Shown here one piece after another: positions 25,461 to 33,568 of a DNA stretch of 63,234 bases. A program made the position numbers and the translations under genes. Each line of letters starts with the position of its first letter. Positions within the stretch are counted from its first letter, which is position 1. The notes under the pieces were generated by a model. That model saw only the letters and a program-made list of their open reading frames with translations, was not told where the DNA came from and made no database searches. The stretch covers positions 1-63,234 of the forward strand of contig JBDRMS010000011.1 in the NCBI GenBank assembly GCA_043811915.1. The letters run 5' to 3'. The DNA comes from a bacterium (GTDB taxonomy: Bacteria; Patescibacteriota; Andersenbacteria; UBA10190).

Positions 25461-25470
25461 GCCTGTCAGC

Positions 25471-25752
25471 TTAACGTACTCCCGGAGCAAATCCGCTATC
25501 GCCGGAGTAATTAATGCTCACTACCGGATATCCAACCCATCCTTTGAGTACCATCTGTCTAGTTTCAGCGCCATCAAACACTTCTTCTTTTTTAATCTCC
25601 GCTTGGCTCGCGTTTTCCCGGTTAAAAACTCGCAACGACAGCACATCAGATACATTTGTCTGGCCATAAGAGCTGATAAAAGGCGTCATTAACACAGCCG
25701 CCACCACTGACAGTAAAAGAAGAAGATACGTTACCAAATTATAATTAGCCAT
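25471..25752 (-). CDS. Hypothetical small membrane-anchored protein
   Basis: An N-terminal hydrophobic helix is the only support. No recognisable family and no clear RBS. Confidence 0.35.
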   Translation of the reverse strand: MANYNLVTYLLLLLSVVAAVLMTPFISSYGQTNVSDVLSLRVFNRENASQAEIKKEEVFDGAETRQMVLKGWVGYPVVSINYSGDSGFAPGVR

Positions 25753-25802
25753 AAGTTGTACTATCAACAACTACTATAAATACAATAAAATGTCAAGTAA
25801 AC

Positions 25803-25831
25803 TTGCCATAACCCAAAAATTAAGTTAACAT
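25803..25831 (+). promoter_or_regulatory. Putative sigma-70 promoter TTGCCA-N17-TAACAT
   Basis: Hexamers and the 17-nt spacer were counted directly. It lies about 34 nt upstream of the ATG at 25865. Confidence 0.4.
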
Positions 25832-25864
25832 ACGCAACATTAACCTACAAGGAGGTGAACATAT

Positions 25865-26029
25865 ATGATGGACGAAACAACAGAGGAGCCCACTATGCCG
25901 GAAGTGCCGGAGGCCCCCATGGAGCCAGAGATGCCTACCGAGGCACCTGCGCCAGAAACAACAGAGGAAGCACCAGTCGAGGAGGAGCCGACTACAGAAA
26001 CGCCTGAAGGTGAAACTCCCGTTTTGTAG
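25865..26029 (+). CDS. Small (54 aa) highly acidic Pro/Glu/Thr-rich protein, absent from the ORF track
   Basis: AAGGAGGTGA Shine-Dalgarno at 25849-25858, 6 nt before the ATG. The ORF is MMDETTEEPTMPEVPEAPMEPEMPTEAPAPETTEEAPVEEEPTTETPEGETPVL, followed by a strong terminator. Confidence 0.65.
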   Translation: MMDETTEEPTMPEVPEAPMEPEMPTEAPAPETTEEAPVEEEPTTETPEGETPVL

Positions 26030-26044
26030 ACACTAATGGTTTCT

Positions 26045-26090
26045 AAAAGCACACCCCCGGGTAATCCCCAGGGGTGTGCTTTTCTTTTAT
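26045..26090 (+). terminator. Rho-independent terminator
   Basis: 13-bp stem AAAAGCACACCCC / GGGGTGTGCTTTT with a 13-nt loop, followed by a T-run. Confidence 0.8.
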
Positions 26091-26109
26091 ATGCTATTAA
26101 AGTGACTAT

Positions 26110-26394
26110 ATGTTTTCTCTCTCCTGGGATTCAGCAGCCGCTCAAGCCTTGGAACAAACCATGTGTCAGGCTCCGGTGCCCCGCATAATCAAGGGTCAAG
26201 TCAAAAAACAGATTGAAAAAGCAGCCGAAAACTCTGCCCGCGCTGCCGGCCACTCATCTGTCACCGCCGAAGATCTTATGCAGGGCCTTCTCGCCAACAT
26301 GCCCGCCGACATGCGCGGTAAAATAGAAGAAGCGATGAAAAAAGGGCCCGCGGGGCTTCAAAACCTGGCCAAAGATTTCGACAATATTACGTAA
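26110..26394 (+). CDS. Small protein resembling the PCP_red (protochlorophyllide reductase subunit B C-terminal-like) domain
   Basis: The pattern W..AA...L....P.P.IIKGQVKKQIEKAAE...G...VT.EDL recalls stand-alone PCP_red domain proteins. The RBS is weak. Confidence 0.45.
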   Translation: MFSLSWDSAAAQALEQTMCQAPVPRIIKGQVKKQIEKAAENSARAAGHSSVTAEDLMQGLLANMPADMRGKIEEAMKKGPAGLQNLAKDFDNIT

Positions 26395-26409
26395 TATGGA
26401 GATTTTTAT

Positions 26410-27201
26410 TTACGCCGCTCTTTTTGTTTCTTTTTGCATTTGTTTGTAAAGTTTCGCCGCGCGCCTGAAATCCGCCGGCTCGTCCAAGTCCGTACTGGTC
26501 CGCGGGTCCAGTACATACCCGTGCAGATTTTCTCCCCACACATTGTCATACTTTAAACACTCCGGCCGCAAAATAAATTTTCGCCGGGTAATGTCTATTT
26601 GCCCATCCTGGAAATAAACCGGGAACTTATCTTGTATCTTCTGGCGCGGCTGATCCGGCCCCTGCTCCTGTCTAAAAGCATTGTCAAAAACCGGTTTTAA
26701 TTTCCCATTCCCTCCCATTTCCCACATTTTGTAAGGATGCAATGGAGTCGGTATTACACTCTTCAAGCCATCAGCTTTTGATTCCCTCATGTGCTCCACC
26801 ATGTTGTCAATATCTTTTGGAAACCGCAGGGGACTGGTCGGCCGCAAATTCACCAATAGCTCCGGTTTCCAGCCATGATCTTTTTCCATCCACTTAACGG
26901 CGTGGTGATAAAACCCAGCATCACCGCTATTTGGCAGCGAATACTTCTTCGGGCGGGGGATTACTATCGCCCCTAGCCTTGAAGCTTCTCTGGCAATCCT
27001 CTTGTCTTCTGTTGACACCAGCACTACGTCAATTTTTTCTGCCATTAAGGCCACTTCCACCGCCCAGGCCAGCAGGGTCTTACCCCCCAGTTTTTGCAAA
27101 TTCTTATACGGAATGCTTTGTTTTCCGCCTCGCGCCGGAATAACAGCCGCCACTTCAATCGGCTCGCGTCTTGGGTTTAATACCTTCCTTTTCATGCACA
27201 A
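26410..27201 (-). CDS. neuA: Acylneuraminate (nonulosonate) cytidylyltransferase, NeuA/CMP-sugar synthetase family
   Basis: AAVIPARGGKQSIPYKNLQKLGGKTLLAWAV matches the N-terminal motif of CMP-NeuAc/CMP-NulO synthetases. Confidence 0.85.
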   Translation of the reverse strand: MCMKRKVLNPRREPIEVAAVIPARGGKQSIPYKNLQKLGGKTLLAWAVEVALMAEKIDVVLVSTEDKRIAREASRLGAIVIPRPKKYSLPNSGDAGFYHHAVKWMEKDHGWKPELLVNLRPTSPLRFPKDIDNMVEHMRESKADGLKSVIPTPLHPYKMWEMGGNGKLKPVFDNAFRQEQGPDQPRQKIQDKFPVYFQDGQIDITRRKFILRPECLKYDNVWGENLHGYVLDPRTSTDLDEPADFRRAAKLYKQMQKETKRAA

Positions 27202-27300
27202 ACATAACCACCTCTGGACAAAAAAAACAAGGGGCGCTATACAAGCTAGGTGTTAACTCGCACATTTGCCCCTTACCAACTCTAAGAGGAGAATAACGTT

Positions 27301-27780
27301 ATGGCCATCATTTTCGACATCGACGATCGGCAGGCCCTTCGCGAACAAGTGCTGTACCACCCTATCTGGAAAACAGTCCTGGACTGGCTTTCCCAACTTC
27401 ATGGAGATGCAACGCCCGGCGAACACACCGTCGACAAAGACGAAAAGGTTATAGCCACCATCATAGAATCACCGCTACGCGCAATACCATATGCGCCCTT
27501 TGAAGCTCACCTGGCAAACATAGACGTTCACTATTGCCTAAAAGGACATGAAATCATCAACCATAAACCAACTACCCGAGTTAAGCAGTATCGACAGGAC
27601 GCAGGCAAAGATGTAACCTTCCACAGCGGACACAACCGCCACAGCGATATCTTAATGTCACCAGGCTTGATAGCTATCTTCTTCCCGGAAGACGCTCACC
27701 GCCCGCTGCAAAAAACTCACCTCCCGAACGACTCCGTCAAAAAAGTCGTCGTCAAAGTCCCCTTAATAGCCCTTCTCTAG
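27301..27780 (+). CDS. YhcH/YjgK/YiaL family protein (DUF386; sialic-acid-associated cupin-like)
   Basis: It aligns by eye to E. coli YhcH: EAHLANIDVHYCLKGHEII vs ELHEQYIDIQLLLNGEERI, and PGLIAIFFPEDAHRP...VKKVVVKV vs PGMFAVFMPGEPHKP...IKKVVVKV. AAGAGGAG RBS. Confidence 0.8.
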   Translation: MAIIFDIDDRQALREQVLYHPIWKTVLDWLSQLHGDATPGEHTVDKDEKVIATIIESPLRAIPYAPFEAHLANIDVHYCLKGHEIINHKPTTRVKQYRQDAGKDVTFHSGHNRHSDILMSPGLIAIFFPEDAHRPLQKTHLPNDSVKKVVVKVPLIALL

Positions 27781-27797
27781 TTCAACCTCACAAAGTT

Positions 27798-28727
27798 ATG
27801 CCTACACTCGGCAACACAAACCTTACAGTTTCTTCTATCGGCCTCGGCACGGTGGAAATTGGCTTGCCCTACGGCATCGACGTCAAATCCCTACCGTCAG
27901 ACAAAGAAGCCGAGCGCATCCTCAAAACAGCCGTTGAACTCGGCATCACCTATTTCGACACCGCCCGCGGCTATGGCGTCGCTGAAGAGAGAATCGGGCG
28001 GTCTGGCATCAGCCAGCAAGAAGGCATCGTTGTCGGCACCAAATGTGGTCAGTTCCTCAAAGATGAACCAAATTTACATGGCGCAGATTTAGTCAAACGC
28101 ATCCGCGACGAAGTGGATATCAGCCGTCGCAACCTCAAGCTAGACATTCTCCCCCTTCTACAACTCCACATCGAATCCCCGGATTTCGACAACCTGGATG
28201 AGCTAGTCGACATCATGCAGAAGCTGCAAAACGAAGAAAAAGTTCAGCATGTCGGCCTCGCCTGCCGGGGAGAAAAAGTCCCGCTAGACACACTTGGCTC
28301 TGGATTTTTTGAGACAATCCAGGTTGCTTACAGTATTTTGGATCAGCGCATGGCAGTCAAAGTTTTGCCCGCCGCCGCCCAAAACAACGTCGGCGTCATC
28401 TGTCGATCGGTCCTGCTGCAAGGCGTCCTCACGCCAGCTGTCGAAAAGCTACCCGACAGGTTGTCTCCTCTGAAAAATAATTCACGAAAAGCTGCCCGAA
28501 TTGCCGCCGAACTCGGAATAGACCTGCCCACTCTGGCTATTCGCTTTGCCGCTTTTCACCCCGCCGTCTCCATCACCCTGATCGGCACCACCAGGCCAAA
28601 ACACCTGGCCACAACTCTGGCCGCAGTTCAAGCGGGACCCCTGCCTAAGACAGTCTTGCAAAAACTGGCCAAACTTGCTACAAATGACCCTTCACAAGTA
28701 GACCCCTCTCAATGGCCAAAAATGTAG
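27798..28727 (+). CDS. Aldo/keto reductase
   Basis: GLGTVEIG..., FDTARGYG, and a typical AKR length of 309 aa. Confidence 0.85.
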   Translation: MPTLGNTNLTVSSIGLGTVEIGLPYGIDVKSLPSDKEAERILKTAVELGITYFDTARGYGVAEERIGRSGISQQEGIVVGTKCGQFLKDEPNLHGADLVKRIRDEVDISRRNLKLDILPLLQLHIESPDFDNLDELVDIMQKLQNEEKVQHVGLACRGEKVPLDTLGSGFFETIQVAYSILDQRMAVKVLPAAAQNNVGVICRSVLLQGVLTPAVEKLPDRLSPLKNNSRKAARIAAELGIDLPTLAIRFAAFHPAVSITLIGTTRPKHLATTLAAVQAGPLPKTVLQKLAKLATNDPSQVDPSQWPKM

Positions 28728-29473
28728 ACAATCCATTTAGCCTCACCGGTAAAGTAATTTTACTCTCCGGCGGGGCTGGTTTTTTAGGTAAATATTTCAC
28801 CAGGGCACTTGCCCAGGCCGGCGCCACTGTAATCACCGCCGACATTAGTAAAAATGCCAATATACAAATGGATGTATCTGACAAGCAATCAGTCCAGAAC
28901 GGGTTCTCTCAAATTATAAATAAATACAGGAAAATTGACGTTGTTATCAACAATGCCGCCATCGATCCCAAGTTCGACAGCCAGACAGGCGACAACAAAA
29001 AATTATTCCAGAATTATCCCGAGAGGCTGCTCGATCAGAGTCTTGATGTCAATCTAAAAGGCTGCGTGCTCGTCGCCCAACAAGCCATCAAGCAAATGCT
29101 GAAACAAAAACAAGGCAATATAATCAATATCTCTTCTATTTATGGCTTGGCCGGTCCTGACCAGCGCATTTACCCCCCAGGCACTCAAAAGCCAGTCGAC
29201 TATGCCATAACCAAAGGTGGTATTGTCATGCTGACCAGATATTTAGCCACCACGTATGGCAATAAAAACATCCGCGCCAACACTCTGTCCCTGGGCGGCG
29301 TACTCAAAAACCACAGCCAAATCTTCCAGCAGAAATATGGCCAGCGCACTCCGTTCGGCCGCATGGCCAGCCCAAAAGAAGTCGGCTCCCCTCTGGTATT
29401 CCTGGCTTCCGACGCTTCGGCCTACATGACCGGCGCCAATCTTATTGTCGACGGCGGCTGGTTAGCCTGGTAG
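28712..29473 (+). CDS. Short-chain dehydrogenase/reductase (SDR)
   Basis: GGAGFLG cofactor motif, NNAA, catalytic YAITKGG (YxxxK). Confidence 0.85.
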   Translation: MAKNVDNPFSLTGKVILLSGGAGFLGKYFTRALAQAGATVITADISKNANIQMDVSDKQSVQNGFSQIINKYRKIDVVINNAAIDPKFDSQTGDNKKLFQNYPERLLDQSLDVNLKGCVLVAQQAIKQMLKQKQGNIINISSIYGLAGPDQRIYPPGTQKPVDYAITKGGIVMLTRYLATTYGNKNIRANTLSLGGVLKNHSQIFQQKYGQRTPFGRMASPKEVGSPLVFLASDASAYMTGANLIVDGGWLAW

Positions 29474-30121
29474 CTACCGCTGCAGTGCGGCATCAATCGC
29501 CGCCTGTACATCCTCAACTAAAAGCTGTCCTCTATACTGCACTCCGTTTATATAAATCGACGGCGTGGCGCGCACCCTTATCGCCTTGCCGTCACTAACA
29601 TCACGCTGCACCTCATCCTTGAACTCTCCCTCATCCAGTGACGCCCGAAAAACATCCATATTAAGCTCCAGTTCCTCGGCATGCCTCTCCAGGTCTTCTC
29701 GAACCAGCACCCCCTTATCTTCAAACAATAAATCAGCATATTCCCAGAATTTACCCTGTGCCCTCGCCGCCAATGACGCCTCCGCTGCCATATCAGAGCC
29801 TTCGTGCTGCAATAAGGGAAAATGTCTAAAAACATGCCGCACTGATTGGTTAGATCTTTCCTCCATAACTTCTTTCATCACCAAATGAAACGTTTTGCAA
29901 GCCGGACATTGAAAATCCGCAAATTCCACTACCGTCACCTCGGCATCACTTGCCCCCAAAACAGTACCGCCGTCTGGTACTAATTTGCTCGCTTGGGCCG
30001 CCGACACATTCTCACCTTCATCAGAACTACCCCTGCCCGCCAGCCAGGCCCCGCCAACGATAATTAACACCGTTGTCACCAAAAGGCCAATGGTTATTTT
30101 AGCTTCATTTGTTATTTTCAT
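29474..30121 (-). CDS. Membrane-anchored DsbA-family thiol:disulfide oxidoreductase
   Basis: N-terminal TM helix, FADFQCPACKTFH (CPAC active site). Confidence 0.85.
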   Translation of the reverse strand: MKITNEAKITIGLLVTTVLIIVGGAWLAGRGSSDEGENVSAAQASKLVPDGGTVLGASDAEVTVVEFADFQCPACKTFHLVMKEVMEERSNQSVRHVFRHFPLLQHEGSDMAAEASLAARAQGKFWEYADLLFEDKGVLVREDLERHAEELELNMDVFRASLDEGEFKDEVQRDVSDGKAIRVRATPSIYINGVQYRGQLLVEDVQAAIDAALQR

Positions 30122-30527
30122 AGGAATCTTTGGTACTTAACCTAAACCACACCAGTAAAAAAGCAATAGCAGATAATGACGCACTAGTCAAGCACCAACT
30201 ACACCAGGCTTTGATCACAAACGCTTCCAAATATGTCAGGACCGCCGACACAGCCAGGCCAATAGCCGTCACGACTATCAACGACCACTTGAACCGCCCG
30301 GCTTCCTGCGGAGTCCAAAGCGCCGCCAACACACCCAATCCAAAGTAATAAGCCACCCCGAACAAAGGAGTTGGCACTCCCAGTATCGATGAAAAATTAC
30401 TCGCTCGAACATCGTCACAACCATGCCCCGAAAAACACAGCATTGCATCAGTCCTTTGGTACGACAGTAAAAGATAACCTGACACCAGAAGTCCCAACAC
30501 TGCCACGATCAGCAACAACTTACTCAT
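30105..30527 (-). CDS. Vitamin K epoxide reductase (VKOR) family protein, a DsbB-type partner of DsbA
   Basis: Loop cysteines CFSGHGC, SSILGVP motif, CSWC in the last TM helix. 17-nt overlap with the dsbA-like gene. Confidence 0.85.
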   Translation of the reverse strand: MSKLLLIVAVLGLLVSGYLLLSYQRTDAMLCFSGHGCDDVRASNFSSILGVPTPLFGVAYYFGLGVLAALWTPQEAGRFKWSLIVVTAIGLAVSAVLTYLEAFVIKAWCSWCLTSASLSAIAFLLVWFRLSTKDSYENNK

Positions 30528-31323
30528 TCGTCATTTTCTTGCGGGCCACTACCACTATTCCTGTTGATGCCACCCAGGGAGATATGGCATTAGCCGCCTT
30601 TTTCACCAACAATCCCAAGGTATTTAGTTTATAAGGCTCCGACCCCCGCAAAAACGGCCAGTCAATGTGCAAACCATAATGACTGTCAGGATCTGGTAAT
30701 TCGTGCGGCTGCATTTCCAGCACTTTAAATCCAGATATTTCCAATAATTTCTTTAATTCACCTCTGTCAAATAAATAGTTAGAAAAGGTTGGCTGGTGAC
30801 TCAAAAAATTTCGAATAATTTTTTCCAGACGCTTTAGCGGCACGTAGATCAGCCGTCGCAACGTATTTAAAGATGGCACTTCCACAAAGAAAACACCATC
30901 GTCTTTAAGCACCCGCCTGACTTCCTGCAATGCCTCTTTCACTTTATTCTCAATATATTCCAGTGTGCCAATAGCCAACACCCCGTCCAGGCTGCCGTCG
31001 GCATAAGGAATAGCCGTCATGCTGGCCACTTTCACTTTCAAGTCAGGATCATACTCGGTCAGCGCCCGCACCGTTCTGGCCGCGATATCTACTCCTTCCA
31101 CATCATAGCCTTCTTCCTTTAAAAACAGTATCCACCCCCCAATACCACACCCCACATCCAGTAATTTTCTGTCCTTCGATAAATACTTTTCCAGTAACGG
31201 CCAAAAATCCTGCTTCCGAAACTCCGCACTGCTTTTACCCGCAATGTGCTCCTGCGCAAATTTATCCTCCCGGTACCGCTGCCGGTCAAAACCTTTAGCA
31301 TAAAATTTCTCTAGTTTGTACAT
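30520..31323 (-). CDS. Class I SAM-dependent methyltransferase
   Basis: LLDVGCGIGGW motif I. Between the neuB fusion and VKOR with 4-nt and 8-nt junctions. Confidence 0.8.
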   Translation of the reverse strand: MYKLEKFYAKGFDRQRYREDKFAQEHIAGKSSAEFRKQDFWPLLEKYLSKDRKLLDVGCGIGGWILFLKEEGYDVEGVDIAARTVRALTEYDPDLKVKVASMTAIPYADGSLDGVLAIGTLEYIENKVKEALQEVRRVLKDDGVFFVEVPSLNTLRRLIYVPLKRLEKIIRNFLSHQPTFSNYLFDRGELKKLLEISGFKVLEMQPHELPDPDSHYGLHIDWPFLRGSEPYKLNTLGLLVKKAANAISPWVASTGIVVVARKKMTNE

Positions 31324-31327
31324 AGTC

Positions 31328-33208
31328 CTATTTCATATATTGCTTTAAGCGGTTCATGGCTTGCAAGAACCCTTTGCCCTCATGCAAATGTCCTTGCCAG
31401 ATTTCCGGAACCATTGTTCCTTGGTAACCCGCCAGGGGCTTTAATATTGTCTCCCAGTCAATCGTACCTTCTCCAATCTGTAAACCCTCATCACCCATAC
31501 CGGCCGCATCCGCCACATGCAAATGATTTATATAGGGTTTTAGCATTTTAACCATATTAATCAACGACTTCTTTTTCGCATTACATGCCAGAGCCGCATG
31601 CGAAGTATCAAAACAAATCTTATAACCGGTTTTCTCCAACCACTGCCTAATCTCCTCACCCAGCAGAAAAATGTTTCCTACCCACTCACCACCAAACACC
31701 CACGGCCTCGGTGGCAGATTCTCCGGTAATACCTCCACTCCGTCAGTCTTTAGCCGACCAAGAATATCAGTAAAAATGTCCAACAATTTTCCAGCCTCAA
31801 GCGTTGGCTGTAAAGTTATCCCGCCAGGATGTACCACCAACTTGGGTTGTCCCGCAAACGACTCGCCCAGACGTCGCGCTATGTCTACACTACGCTGTAA
31901 AGTGTTAAACGCAATCTGCCGCTCCGCCGCGTCCTCCGCCGATGGGTTCAGATAGGTACGATGCATATACTCCGGCGCATGCACCACCACTTCCTGCTTA
32001 TAATTTCCTCGCGGCACTTCTTCATCCAGATCCCTATCAGAAAGATGAAACTCAAACACATCCGGCTCATACTTTAAATACTGTTCAAAATCATGGAAGC
32101 GCACCACCGGCCCCCATCGCCAGTTTATACCAGTGCTTTCAAAATTGTCCAAAACAGCGCCGGCCGCCAGGTCGTCTTCCGTCAATACATCACCGGCAAA
32201 GATGTCCCGCTGCGCTACCACCCCCACCACTTCATTCATGCGTTGAGGACTAAGTCCTTTAGCCGGACTCTTGGTCGTCAACATGTCGCGCTCTATTGTA
32301 ATCCCATCGGCAATAAACTTTTTCGCTACTATACTCTTGCCCAATATCTCCCGATTCATAACTTCTGCCCGCGATATCTTTTTTACCCCATCACCCAAAG
32401 CCACTTCCACCTGTCTAATTCCGTCAACCATTTTTTTAAATTCATCCAGTGTCAGACTGGCCTTGTGGTCTGGCCCTTCCAGGCTTTTATCAAGCGTTAA
32501 GTGCTTCTCCACTATATTTGCTCCGCGCGCCACCGCTGCTATTGGCACCGCGATGCCTCGCTCGTGACCCGAGTAACCCACCGGCACTCCATACTCCTTC
32601 AATTTGTCCATGCACCGCAAATTTATTTCATCAAACGGTGCCGGATAAACGTTATTACAGTGCAATAGAGCAAACTTAACACCGAGTCGACGCAGCAGCT
32701 GAACCGCATGTTCAATCTCGCTCCCCTCACTCATCCCTGTTGACACAATCATTGGCTTGTTAAATCCAGCCACATACTCCAACAGCTCGTCGTTGGTCAT
32801 GTCCGGTGAACCAATTTTGTACAATGGAACATGCAGCCGCCGCTCAATATCGTCCGCACTTGCCTTGTCCCAGGGATTAACCAGAAACATAATGCCGCAC
32901 TCCTTCGCATAGTCCTCCATTTCCACATATGCCTCATCCGGCAACTGAAATTCCTCTAGTAGGGGAATGAGATATTGATACTTTTGCTCTCCCTGATTAG
33001 GATTATTTAAAATCTGCTGCTGGTATACCTGTGCTAAATCCCGTCTCTGAAACTTAATTGCATCCGCCTTCGCCGCTGCCGCCGCTGCAATCAGTTGTTT
33101 CGCCCGCTTGACGCTGCCATTGTGGTTTATGCCCGCTTCGGCAATAACAAACACCGGCTCTCCCGAACCAATTTTCCTTTTTCCCACCTGCAAACAGTTA
33201 TTCGACAT
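31328..33208 (-). CDS. neuB: N-acetylneuraminate (nonulosonate) synthase with SAF domain, fused to a C-terminal xylose-isomerase-like TIM-barrel (sugar phosphate isomerase/epimerase) domain
   Basis: VIAEAGINHNGS and the HCNNVYP-type NeuB core, then the SAF domain (ILGKSIVAKK...GDVLTEDDL). This is followed by about 270 aa with AP_endonuc_2/TIM-barrel features (VVHPGG, FDTSHA, HLHVAD). Confidence 0.85.
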   Translation of the reverse strand: MSNNCLQVGKRKIGSGEPVFVIAEAGINHNGSVKRAKQLIAAAAAAKADAIKFQRRDLAQVYQQQILNNPNQGEQKYQYLIPLLEEFQLPDEAYVEMEDYAKECGIMFLVNPWDKASADDIERRLHVPLYKIGSPDMTNDELLEYVAGFNKPMIVSTGMSEGSEIEHAVQLLRRLGVKFALLHCNNVYPAPFDEINLRCMDKLKEYGVPVGYSGHERGIAVPIAAVARGANIVEKHLTLDKSLEGPDHKASLTLDEFKKMVDGIRQVEVALGDGVKKISRAEVMNREILGKSIVAKKFIADGITIERDMLTTKSPAKGLSPQRMNEVVGVVAQRDIFAGDVLTEDDLAAGAVLDNFESTGINWRWGPVVRFHDFEQYLKYEPDVFEFHLSDRDLDEEVPRGNYKQEVVVHAPEYMHRTYLNPSAEDAAERQIAFNTLQRSVDIARRLGESFAGQPKLVVHPGGITLQPTLEAGKLLDIFTDILGRLKTDGVEVLPENLPPRPWVFGGEWVGNIFLLGEEIRQWLEKTGYKICFDTSHAALACNAKKKSLINMVKMLKPYINHLHVADAAGMGDEGLQIGEGTIDWETILKPLAGYQGTMVPEIWQGHLHEGKGFLQAMNRLKQYMK

Positions 33209-33242
33209 AACGTAGCCCTACACTATAATAAAACCACCGTCA

Positions 33243-33356
33243 ATGCCAACCATTTTTTCCCATCTTTTAATGTGGGGGGTTTTCACGCTGATCGGCCTTA
33301 TCTTCGGCCTCATTCTAGCTTACGCCTTGGCCATCTCCGGAAAAAGCAAGTTATGA
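33243..33356 (+). CDS. Possible 37-aa single-TM mini-protein
   Basis: MPTIFSHLLMWGVFTLIGLIFGLILAYALAISGKSKL. Its TGA overlaps the ATG of the next small ORF (ATGA). No clear RBS. Confidence 0.25.
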   Translation: MPTIFSHLLMWGVFTLIGLIFGLILAYALAISGKSKL

Positions 33357-33565
33357 ACTATACTAATCTCTTCCACGTCGTCGCCCTTGTCATTTTCTAT
33401 GCCATCACTGGTTTCGGACCCGGCTTTATTTTTGGACTGCTTATCGGCAACATTTTCGCCGCCCGCGACGAAAAAACCATCATGCAAAAACAATACGAAG
33501 CCGTCGACGCCGCCGACCACCACAACCGCCAATGGCACTCCAGCCACCAGCGCTGGAAAAAGTAA
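33353..33565 (+). CDS. Possible 70-aa membrane protein (internal start of the 156-aa ORF-track entry)
   Basis: MNYTNLFHVVALVIFYAITGFGPGFIFGLLIGNIF is a hydrophobic hairpin. The upstream part of the long ORF is antisense to the neuB start. Confidence 0.4.
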   Translation: MNYTNLFHVVALVIFYAITGFGPGFIFGLLIGNIFAARDEKTIMQKQYEAVDAADHHNRQWHSSHQRWKK

Positions 33566-33568
33566 CCA

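Noticed and set aside
25840-26052. 70-aa minus-strand ORF in the ORF track
   Set aside because: It has no RBS, promoter or terminator in its orientation. The plus strand carries a complete promoter, strong SD, 54-aa ORF and terminator unit covering the same bases. Its Ser/Gly/Val-rich translation is the expected mirror image of a Pro/Glu/Thr-rich gene.
33095-33352. N-terminal 86 residues of the 156-aa ORF-track entry 33095-33565
   Set aside because: This part is antisense to the 5' end of the neuB fusion gene and is not hydrophobic or conserved-looking. Only the portion from the ATG at 33353 (a membrane hairpin) is kept, at low confidence.
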